DNA from: a virus
IMG/VR virus record: IMGVR_UViG_3300000756_000006
Length of the DNA stretch: 15,440 nucleotides
Reading direction: 5' to 3' (one strand)
Below are positions 6,817 to 13,064 of the stretch, piece after piece (position 1 is the first letter of the stretch; each line of letters starts with the position of its first letter). Below the pieces are notes generated by a model. That model was not told the DNA's origin. It saw only the letters and a list, made by a program, of their open reading frames with translations, and did not search any database. A program made the translations under genes and the position numbers.

Positions 6817-7307
6817 TAGTACCAGCCCTTCTTGTGATGCTCTAATGCTAAGCAAGGCGTACGGTGCCTGTGCTTAATATATTTAAGCCCTAACTCTATC
6901 TGTTTATAAGGGTTACGCTCTGTCATTTTTAGCAGCTGAGGTATGCCAAAAGCTGTTGATCTAGGATTATCTGCAATAGGCGACCAGCGACTCTCTTTAT
7001 GCCACAGCTCTACCAAGCACCTATATTGCTTATCGTTGCCTACCTGCATATGAGCAAAGAGCTTATATAACTCTATAGATGGATTAGCTGCATTAGCACT
7101 TACTACTTGATTATAAGTTAAAATCACTATTAACAGAGCTATCCCGTTTTTAACTACTATATTTTTTATTCTTTTTTTATCTTTATTAAGTACTTTATTA
7201 AGTACTAAGTACTTCAAGTATAGCGATCTAACAGCTGTTTTTGTCAAGGATTTACCTCGGCGTGTTGTCTTATCCACAAGGGCCTGTGTATAACTATGCG
7301 TCATCAT
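6816..7307 (-). CDS. Secreted Apf-C-terminal-like / SLT-like muralytic domain protein with a long basic N-terminus and a signal-anchor, 163 aa
   Basis: LVELWHKESRWSPIADNPRSTAFGIPQLL and the terminal ...KKGWY match the E-S...AyGipQ...GWY pattern of Apf-C-terminal-like transglycosylase domains. The hydrophobic GIALLIVILTYNQVVSANA-AN segment looks like a signal peptide with an AXA site. Confidence 0.55.
   Translation of the reverse strand: MMTHSYTQALVDKTTRRGKSLTKTAVRSLYLKYLVLNKVLNKDKKRIKNIVVKNGIALLIVILTYNQVVSANAANPSIELYKLFAHMQVGNDKQYRCLVELWHKESRWSPIADNPRSTAFGIPQLLKMTERNPYKQIELGLKYIKHRHRTPCLALEHHKKGWY
7182..7220. repeat. Tandem TTTATTAAGTAC x2 plus further (A)AGTACT(T) palindromes inside a 20% GC tract
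   Basis: tttattaagtac occurs at 7182-7193 and 7194-7205, then taagtac at 7206-7212 and caagta at 7215-7220. A hand count gives 16 G+C in 7141-7220. Confidence 0.7.
7217..7247 (-). promoter_or_regulatory. Sigma70-like promoter candidate inside the gene: TTGACA-N19-TATACT
   Basis: Minus strand: TTGACA (7247-7242), a 19-nt spacer, then TATACT (7222-7217). The AGTACT palindrome cluster follows directly. The 19-nt spacer is long. Confidence 0.25.
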
Positions 7308-7455
7308 AATTGACCAGCAAGCACACGCTCATACAGCCGCATACTGTGCATTGTAGAGTTTTGACGTTAGGCGGCAGATTATCTGCCACTATGCGCTCTA
7401 ACTGGTCTGTTATCTTTTTACACTTACGACACTCAAAGCGTATTAACTCTGTCAT
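7294..7455 (-). CDS. Small zinc-ribbon protein, 53 aa from ATG 7455 (MTELIRFECRKCKK...CTVCG...)
   Basis: CxxC-x22-CxxC. An ATGA overlap (7452-7455) with the upstream gene supports the internal ATG over the track start at 7494. Confidence 0.5.
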   Translation of the reverse strand: MTELIRFECRKCKKITDQLERIVADNLPPNVKTLQCTVCGCMSVCLLVNYDDA

Positions 7456-7832
7456 AGCTGCAAAGCCTGACTTACAGGCAGGTAGGTCACGCACTTGCGT
7501 ACGTTGCCTACGCTGTCAAACTCTGTTTTAGCCGGGAAGTCACGCTCTATCCAGAATAACTGTAGTTTGCACAGGTCAAAGGCATATATGCCCTGTGGCG
7601 TGCTATTAATATACCAGGGTGCATAGCCTTTATCTACAGCTGTAGCCATAAACACATCGTACTTATCGCGTTCTAAGATTAAGGCGTCATAATGCTTAGA
7701 CCTGCATTTAAGCTCTATCTGTAGTTTGCCGTAGTCGCTGTAGCAGTCGTAGGCCTCATACTTGTTCATAGGTTGTTCAAGGTCTTGTAGGTAGCGTGTT
7801 TTAAGGTATGTGTATAACTCTGTCTCGTTCAT
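7452..7832 (-). CDS. PD-(D/E)xK-type nuclease-like protein, 126 aa
   Basis: YEAYDCYSDYGKLQIELKCR has the D-x10-E-x-K arrangement of restriction-endonuclease-fold nucleases. ATGA junctions occur at both ends. Confidence 0.4.
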   Translation of the reverse strand: MNETELYTYLKTRYLQDLEQPMNKYEAYDCYSDYGKLQIELKCRSKHYDALILERDKYDVFMATAVDKGYAPWYINSTPQGIYAFDLCKLQLFWIERDFPAKTEFDSVGNVRKCVTYLPVSQALQL

Positions 7833-8020
7833 CTACAGTCCTTACAAAACCACACCATATTCTCTTTAGGATCGCTTGTGACATAGCCTGCCTTGTCAAA
7901 CTGTCGTATGCCTGAGCATTTGTCGCAGGTCTCCATCTTGTAAGTGCTTACAGCTACACCGTTCTTAAATAGCGTAGCCATCATTGTGGCCGTGTCTGTC
8001 AGCTCTACATAGTCGCTCAT
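7829..8020 (-). CDS. Small zinc-ribbon protein, 63 aa from ATG 8020 (MSDYVELTD...CDKCSG...FCKDCR)
   Basis: Two CxxC pairs are present. An ATGA overlap at 8017-8020 supports this start over the track start at 8071. Confidence 0.5.
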   Translation of the reverse strand: MSDYVELTDTATMMATLFKNGVAVSTYKMETCDKCSGIRQFDKAGYVTSDPKENMVWFCKDCR

Positions 8021-8631
8021 ACCTGTGGCCGCCATCCTGTACTTGTCTGCATATACCAGGCTGGATCGCATTGATTTGCCTTTACCTTTTCGCTACAGCC
8101 ATACACGCCCCAGGCTTTGCCGTTCTTTTCTCCGCTGCGCCACACGCGCGGCCCGTGATTACAGGTAGGCACACCGGGATCTGTTGCCACCATAGTCTCA
8201 GCTAGCGTAGTAACAGCTTGTGCAAGGGTAGGTATGGCAGCTGCTGCTGGGTTTGTAGCCCAAAAGTCTTTATTATCAGGTGCTACATCCTTTGCAGATA
8301 GCGCCTCTACCTTTTCCATATCTTGACGTGTACTTCGTGCAACACCGCCAGGGCTAAGCAAACCAATAACTCTGCCGTAGGCGCTTGTGACAGCGTTTTC
8401 TACCCAAAAGTGTTGATTGACACCGCGATCAGATCGCACCTCGTAGGCATAATCTACGGCGCTTGGCACTACATCCTCGTACTCACGATATGCCTCAGCC
8501 TTAATTAGCACATAACCTTTCGTAATATCTATATCCTCTATGTAAGCTACTAGGCGCAAGCTAGGGTATTCGGCTCTTACACGGATAATGCGTGCGTTTA
8601 CATCCTCGTAACCCTCTAGGAAGCCGCTCAT
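8017..8631 (-). CDS. Putative Rad52/Sak-like single-strand-annealing / DNA-binding protein with a C-terminal Cys/His module, 204 aa
   Basis: WVENAVTSAYGRVIGLL resembles the Rad52-family signature (KEAVTDALKRalrtFG). The C-terminus reads CNHGPRVWRSGEKNGKAWGVYGCSEKVKANQCDPAWY (C-x-H...C...C). The family assignment is from memory only. Confidence 0.35.
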   Translation of the reverse strand: MSGFLEGYEDVNARIIRVRAEYPSLRLVAYIEDIDITKGYVLIKAEAYREYEDVVPSAVDYAYEVRSDRGVNQHFWVENAVTSAYGRVIGLLSPGGVARSTRQDMEKVEALSAKDVAPDNKDFWATNPAAAAIPTLAQAVTTLAETMVATDPGVPTCNHGPRVWRSGEKNGKAWGVYGCSEKVKANQCDPAWYMQTSTGWRPQV

Positions 8632-8789
8632 CGTGTTAGCTCTGCATCTCGTAGCGCCTTAGCAATATTGCGCCCTCTTACAAAGCCCTCGCCGTGGCCG
8701 TGTTTAAAGCCTATTGAATAGCCAATTACCATAAACAAAAAGCCAAGACCGCACGCGGCAAGGCCTATTAAAATATCTAAACTGTTCAT
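8628..8789 (-). CDS. 53-aa single-TM membrane protein (MNSLDILIGLAACGLGFLFMVIGYSIGFKHGHGEGFVRGRNIAKALRDAELTR), not in the ORF track
   Basis: ATG at 8789-8787 is preceded by AGGGGCTACAG, the same SD context used by other genes here. The ORF is 162 nt and in frame, and its stop forms an ATGA overlap with the next gene. Confidence 0.5.
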   Translation of the reverse strand: MNSLDILIGLAACGLGFLFMVIGYSIGFKHGHGEGFVRGRNIAKALRDAELTR

Positions 8790-8851
8790 CTGTAGCCCCT
8801 AACTTAGGGCCGGTGGGCGCACTATCCGAGTTAGCCCACTCGGCGTTTGTA

Positions 8852-8879
8852 GTAATAGTATGGGGCTAGCATCTGACAA
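8852..8879 (-). promoter_or_regulatory. Sigma70-like promoter candidate TTGTCA-N16-TATTAC in the only sizeable intergenic region
   Basis: Minus strand: TTGTCA (8879-8874) and TATTAC (8857-8852). Hairpin-forming sequence lies downstream at 8813-8843, before the first early gene. Confidence 0.3.
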
Positions 8880-8896
8880 ATTACAACAACGACACG

Positions 8897-9109
8897 CTAG
8901 CGAGCCAATTTAGCCTCTATAAGCATCTCGTAGATTTTATCTACCTTGACCTCTATGCGATCTACCCGGCCGCGCAGGTTATGGCCGCCGTTATTATCGG
9001 GCAGTAGCTCGGCCAATATTGATTTAACTAAAAAACGCAGGCCCATATAGAGCGCAGACAGGATAGCCAGTAGGCCCACTACAATAGCTATCCACGCCTG
9101 CGCATCCAT
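8897..9109 (-). CDS. 70-aa protein with an N-terminal TM helix and a charged helical C-terminus, function unknown (lysis-cassette associated)
   Basis: The hydrophobic segment WIAIVVGLLAILSALYMGL is followed by RGRVDRIEVKVDKIYEMLIEAKLAR. SD AGGGGCTAAGTAA precedes the ATG. Confidence 0.5.
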   Translation of the reverse strand: MDAQAWIAIVVGLLAILSALYMGLRFLVKSILAELLPDNNGGHNLRGRVDRIEVKVDKIYEMLIEAKLAR

Positions 9110-9120
9110 TTACTTAGCCC

Positions 9121-9489
9121 CTATGCGTTTGTATAAGTGACGCTTACTTCGCCGCCGTTAGCCATAAGGTTATAAGGTTGTAGTTCTACCCATCCCTCGT
9201 TGCATCCTGAGAAGCCAACACCATTAGCCTCACCGTTCATACAGATTAAATTAGATGTAGACCAGCCATCGTCTGCCCCTGATCCACCAGCTGACCAAGC
9301 TACAGAGCCTTGCAGGATGCAAATGCCATTCTGATACCAGCGCATCGCACAGGTAATATTGGTGTCATCTGGCGTAAAACCTAGCTGAGTGCTTGCACCT
9401 GCTACTGCTTCGGCTTGTGCGCCATTAGATGCTTGTACTCGTAGGTCATACGTTGTTTGATTATTTATATGAAAAGTGACTGGCCCCAT
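9121..9489 (-). CDS. 122-aa Cys/Trp/Gly/Asn-rich, probably all-beta protein of unknown function
   Basis: The ORF is linked to the holin gene by a TAAAATG junction. It has no signal peptide or TM segment, five Cys residues, and no motif I can place. Confidence 0.5.
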   Translation of the reverse strand: MGPVTFHINNQTTYDLRVQASNGAQAEAVAGASTQLGFTPDDTNITCAMRWYQNGICILQGSVAWSAGGSGADDGWSTSNLICMNGEANGVGFSGCNEGWVELQPYNLMANGGEVSVTYTNA

Positions 9490-9490
9490 T

Positions 9491-9700
9491 TTATTTACCT
9501 TTCTTAGTAGTAGATGTAGAATTTATGCCAAACTGCTTTTCATTAGGCGCTATGGCCTTTAGCAGAGGCCCTACAAGGCCAGCTATAAAAGCATTAGCCA
9601 ACACTTTAGGATCTGTAATACCGCTCATATACAAGACTGCTGCGCAGGTAAACGCGTGCCGTAAATACGACAGGCCAGCGGCCGTAAGTTGCTTTTTCAT
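9491..9700 (-). CDS. Holin (two hydrophobic segments plus a basic C-terminal tail, r1t/LL-H-like pattern), 69 aa
   Basis: It lies immediately downstream of the endolysin (TAAATG junction). The segments are AFTCAAVLYMSG and VLANAFIAGLVGPLL, and the tail is TTKKGK. Confidence 0.6.
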   Translation of the reverse strand: MKKQLTAAGLSYLRHAFTCAAVLYMSGITDPKVLANAFIAGLVGPLLKAIAPNEKQFGINSTSTTKKGK

Positions 9701-10168
9701 TTATTGCCCCTTTTCTAGCCCTAGTTTAGTTATTAACTCTGCAACCTTTGCAGGGCCAATACTGATCTCAAAGTGCATATCGTCAGGTCTAGTCTTAAAG
9801 TCTCCGCCCCATTTAAGGCCGTACTTTTTAGCCAGGGCGCGGATCATAGGCACTTTAGCGGCTTCAAATGTGTTGTATTTACCCATAGGATGCTTTGTAG
9901 CATTAAGGTCTATAGCTGTGCCGGATGCGTGACACGATAATTTTGTAGGCTTACCTCTAACCATTCTGTAGGCATAGCCCCAGTCGTCAAAGGTACCCTC
10001 ATCTATTGGCTCTATTAGTTTGTGAAACTCAGCGGCAAAGGCGGCTAACAATGGGCCTACGCTCTCGGCGCATTGCAGCTTGCGCTCTGTGCCCTCAACC
10101 TTAAAAGGCTTCACGCCTATTTCGGCCTGATCCTTAGATGCTGGCCAGCCGTTGTAGCTAGTTTCCAC
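9701..10168 (-). CDS. Endolysin, zinc peptidase M15 (VanY / L-Ala-D-Glu peptidase-like), 155 aa, GTG start
   Basis: SCHASGTAIDLN (S-x-H-x-x-G-x-A-x-D) and WGGDF...DDMHFE are the M15 zinc-ligand motifs. The N-terminal NGWPA is typical. No cell-wall-binding domain is present. Confidence 0.75.
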   Translation of the reverse strand: METSYNGWPASKDQAEIGVKPFKVEGTERKLQCAESVGPLLAAFAAEFHKLIEPIDEGTFDDWGYAYRMVRGKPTKLSCHASGTAIDLNATKHPMGKYNTFEAAKVPMIRALAKKYGLKWGGDFKTRPDDMHFEISIGPAKVAELITKLGLEKGQ

Positions 10169-10325
10169 TAGCTAAACTCGGTGTGGATTGTTCCGCTTCA
10201 GGGTTTAGATAGCGTTGATAGTCAGAGTTGGCTGGGTCTAGCGGAATAACCGCCTTGTCCTCATTACGCAAAATGCCAATAACTTCATTATCATTGTTTT
10301 TAATTTCGGTGTATGTGTATGTCAT
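10158..10325 (-). CDS. Small fibre-adjacent protein, 55 aa from ATG 10325 (MTYTYTEIKNNDNEVIGILRNEDKAVIPLDPANSDYQRYL...)
   Basis: A TAAAATG junction with the fibre stop supports ATG 10325 rather than the GTG at 10388. The motif IP.D..N.DY..Y recurs in small proteins encoded next to phage tail fibres. Confidence 0.5.
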   Translation of the reverse strand: MTYTYTEIKNNDNEVIGILRNEDKAVIPLDPANSDYQRYLNPEAEQSTPSLASGN

Positions 10326-10326
10326 T

Positions 10327-11814
10327 TTATAACTCCGCGCTTGCTGTCCATTGGAATCCGTATGGTCGTCCTGATGTTGCCGTAGCACCTACTGTTACAT
10401 AACTCAAAAGACGATTGTTTCCTGTTTGTGGTGACGGTGTGAAAACAATGTCTGAACCTGTTTGCATATCGCGGGCATTTCCAGCGGTTCGGTTATTGCC
10501 TGAATAAGCAGTAAAAGTTGGTGTGGTTCTCATTGCAACAGGATATTGAAGTGACCCAAACAGGTCGCTTGTGCCGTTAGCGGTAAAGATTTGACCACCT
10601 GCACCAGATGTTCCCATAATTGGGAAATCTGTAACTGTGTAACCTGTTGGAATTGAAGTTGAATAGTAACGCTGACAAGCGGCTAATTCTCCTTGGATTG
10701 TTCCCGCGTAAGTTCTGAAAGGTAGTGCAACGCTGCCAATGTCCATTTGTACGCCAGTCAATTCAAAGTAATCGGCAGCGCCAGCAGTACCAACAGGATT
10801 ATAGCCAAAGAGTATTGAGATTTCCGTAGCCGTTGCAGCAATAGCAAAAGTTGTGGTAAATCGTTGCCAAGTTGTTGTTAAAGTTGCACTAGTATTATTG
10901 GGAACTGCCTGACCTGTGTAACCGCTGTATACATTTTGGTCTGTACCTGTACCAGTAAATACCTGAGTAAAAATTGAACTAGTAGAGGAAGAAAAATTAG
11001 CACCTTTGCGAGCATAAAAAGAAACTGTAACTGTTTTGCCAGCAAAAGGAATTGAGTTTGCAGTTTCAATGTTTTGAGTAATGTTCAAATCATTTGTGGC
11101 AGTGTCTCCAGAATTTCTTTGTGCTCTAATTGCATACTGAATATTTGGCAGGTTTGTTGTATCGCCTGTTACTTGGCGTGAAAATGTTGAACCTGTTGTG
11201 TTTCGATATGCTTGCCAGCGGTCTGCGCAAAATGCAGTTGTTGAACCTGTAACGGAAGTGCCACGCTGCCAAATTTGTGCCGCTGAATTTAGAATTGGGT
11301 TAGCCTGAACTGTTCCAGCCGTATAGCGCAAGCCTGTTGCAGTGGAACTATCTGCTACGAGTGTTTCACCGTCTGAGCCTACTGCTAGGCGCGCATCGGT
11401 TGTGGTAAAAGTATATAGATCGCCCTTTGTGGTTAAAGGTGAGCTGCTATCTGCTGCATCGCTAGCAAAAAATATAGCTACGCCTGTGCTACTAAAATAC
11501 AGCTGGCCGCTGTCGTACTGCTTCAAGGCCAGCGTAGAGCTGGTGCTAACCGTCGCTGTGCCTGCCGTGACTGTGCAAACACCTGCACCTATATTCGTGA
11601 TTGTTAGCGTATCGCCAGCCGTAAACACAGCTGTGTTTACGGTGATAGCAGTTGCCCCGGCGTTACTCATCGTAATACGCGTGCCAGCATCGGCGGCTAC
11701 AAGGGTATAGCTAGCAGTCTTTGCGCTTACTGTCTGATTGTAGTCGTTTGCTTGCAGAGTAGTCATCTGCGCAGCTGTCAGGATCTGTCCTGTTGTATAG
11801 ACCTGTTTAGCCAT
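10327..11814 (-). CDS. Tail fibre / receptor-binding protein, 495 aa
   Basis: A strong SD (AAGGAGG) precedes the ATG. The N-terminus reads TTGQILTAAQMTTLQ. The conserved fibre junction motif is KGDLYTFTTTDARLAVGSDGETLVADSSTATGLRY. A jelly-roll-like section follows (ADRW ... TVSFYARKG ... WQRFTTTF ... DYFELTGVQMDIG), then ELAACQRYY and a C-terminal domain. Confidence 0.7.
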   Translation of the reverse strand: MAKQVYTTGQILTAAQMTTLQANDYNQTVSAKTASYTLVAADAGTRITMSNAGATAITVNTAVFTAGDTLTITNIGAGVCTVTAGTATVSTSSTLALKQYDSGQLYFSSTGVAIFFASDAADSSSPLTTKGDLYTFTTTDARLAVGSDGETLVADSSTATGLRYTAGTVQANPILNSAAQIWQRGTSVTGSTTAFCADRWQAYRNTTGSTFSRQVTGDTTNLPNIQYAIRAQRNSGDTATNDLNITQNIETANSIPFAGKTVTVSFYARKGANFSSSTSSIFTQVFTGTGTDQNVYSGYTGQAVPNNTSATLTTTWQRFTTTFAIAATATEISILFGYNPVGTAGAADYFELTGVQMDIGSVALPFRTYAGTIQGELAACQRYYSTSIPTGYTVTDFPIMGTSGAGGQIFTANGTSDLFGSLQYPVAMRTTPTFTAYSGNNRTAGNARDMQTGSDIVFTPSPQTGNNRLLSYVTVGATATSGRPYGFQWTASAEL

Positions 11815-11825
11815 AGTTTGCCTCC

Positions 11826-13064
11826 TTAGTAGGTTAAAACGCCTGTGTCAAGTATTCCATACAAGGCGCTGTCTAGCACGAAACCGTCAATAATTGGCTC
11901 TAGTGTCGTAAGCGTTACTTTCCAGCTGTTAGGGCTAATTGCCATAGCAACGCCAAAAACCTGTAAAGTCTTCGTAAGAGTAGATGCGCCAGGTTGATTT
12001 GTAGTGATTGTTATAGGGTCAAAAAAATCTAGATCAAGGGCTGCAATTATGCCAGCATCGTAATTATCTGTGTATAGATCTAGCGTTATGGCATCGCACC
12101 GTACGCTTGTTTCCTGCCTGCTAGCTACATAACTTTGTGCATAATCTAGGGCCTCGGCATCTGTTTGCATTAGTAGGTCTTGTTGGTTGTAGCTGTGCAA
12201 AAAATACTTTTCTACTGAGGCTGTATTTGTGCTGCTCTGTGTCGTACCGCCTGTCCGTGTAATTTGTGCGCTGTTGTAAATAAGAGTGTCATCTAAGCGC
12301 CATACGGCGTTTGCATAGCCTATGTCGTTGCCGTTATCGTTAAAGATTACAGGGCTTGCACCGCTACCTGCTGTTGTAACTGCGCGATCTTGAAAGACTA
12401 CAAAGCCATCGCTGCCTATGTACAAGCTGCCATACTCGCTAGTCTCTACGTTTTGCATAGCTGCAAGGCTTGTGCGAGCTGTGCCAGGGTCAGCCTGTAG
12501 CGTGGTCAAGCCAGCATCTATATCCCGCATACCTGCTGGCCAGTCAATAGTATCTAGCAGGTTATTTATACGCGCACCGGATAGCTGGCCTGCGCTTGTG
12601 CCTGCTACTGTGCTTATTTGTGCATTTTGTAGCAATCTAAAGGCATCTACAGCTGTGATAGTTGTGTAGACAACATCTAGCGCGTTAAGAGGCGTATTGG
12701 TTGTGTAGCTAGTTATGTAGCCGCTAAAGATATTGTATGTAGTAGGCCCATAGGTAGCACTTATAGAGACCTTGCGCATAGGGTTAAGCAAACCAAAATA
12801 AGGGCTGTTAGGGTTTTGCGGATTAAAATCGCCGTTTTGATCTACTATGCGTAGCGTAAGTGTGCCTGTCTGAAACTGGTTTGCCTGTGCATTACGGCCC
12901 CTAGTAGTAGTGCAGCTATCTACCTGGTTAGACACATCCACAATAACACTTGTACTATCGCCTAAAATATTAGTGCCTAGTATGCCTGTGCCTAGCACCA
13001 TAGTTTGACTAAAGCTAGGGCCTGTAGAAAAGTTTATAAAAGCATTGAGAATAGGTACTGTCAT
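11826..13064 (-). CDS. Distal tail protein (Dit-type minor tail protein), 412 aa
   Basis: It lies directly after the tape measure. TTTRGRNAQANQFQTGTLTLRIVDQNGDFNPQNPNSPY...ISATYG...IFSGYI is the usual Sipho_tail/Dit pattern. Confidence 0.6.
   Translation of the reverse strand: MTVPILNAFINFSTGPSFSQTMVLGTGILGTNILGDSTSVIVDVSNQVDSCTTTRGRNAQANQFQTGTLTLRIVDQNGDFNPQNPNSPYFGLLNPMRKVSISATYGPTTYNIFSGYITSYTTNTPLNALDVVYTTITAVDAFRLLQNAQISTVAGTSAGQLSGARINNLLDTIDWPAGMRDIDAGLTTLQADPGTARTSLAAMQNVETSEYGSLYIGSDGFVVFQDRAVTTAGSGASPVIFNDNGNDIGYANAVWRLDDTLIYNSAQITRTGGTTQSSTNTASVEKYFLHSYNQQDLLMQTDAEALDYAQSYVASRQETSVRCDAITLDLYTDNYDAGIIAALDLDFFDPITITTNQPGASTLTKTLQVFGVAMAISPNSWKVTLTTLEPIIDGFVLDSALYGILDTGVLTY

Noticed and set aside
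6816-6855. Long N-terminal extensions in the ORF track: HNH from 6855, 66 aa from 7494, 80 aa from 8071, 76 aa from GTG 10388
   Set aside because: Each has an internal ATG that forms an ATGA, TAATG or TAAAATG junction with the preceding stop. The longer versions would create 40-60 nt overlaps, which are unnecessary.
7172-7178. A7 run (T7 on the plus strand) in the 163-aa gene as a second frameshift site
   Set aside because: The -1 frame hits a stop within about 10 codons and no functional product is apparent. The run is better explained by the AT-rich, Lys-coding tract.
8751-8789. L-A-A-C lipobox-like sequence in the 53-aa protein, read as a possible lipoprotein or o-spanin
   Set aside because: The N-region has no positive charge and carries an Asp. 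The Cys sits in the middle of a continuous 23-residue hydrophobic helix, which makes a TM segment more likely.
8795-8803. Recurring GGGGCTA(AG) motif, also at about 609-617 and 9114-9122
   Set aside because: In every case it lies 5-8 nt upstream of a minus-strand ATG. It is therefore the local Shine-Dalgarno context (AAGGGG), not a dispersed repeat element.
8817-8825. 9-mer GCGCACTAT shared between the 8790-8896 intergenic region and the post-capsid hairpin (2251-2259)
   Set aside because: A single short match. The flanks differ and the 9-mer occupies different positions relative to the stems, so it could be chance.
9121-9489. Vague resemblance of the 122-aa protein to aegerolysin-type beta-sandwich proteins, in its start (V.f.INN.t...L.V) and end (VSVTYT)
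   Set aside because: Only two short pattern similarities, recalled from memory. The Trp/Cys signature of that family is absent. This is not enough to make a call.
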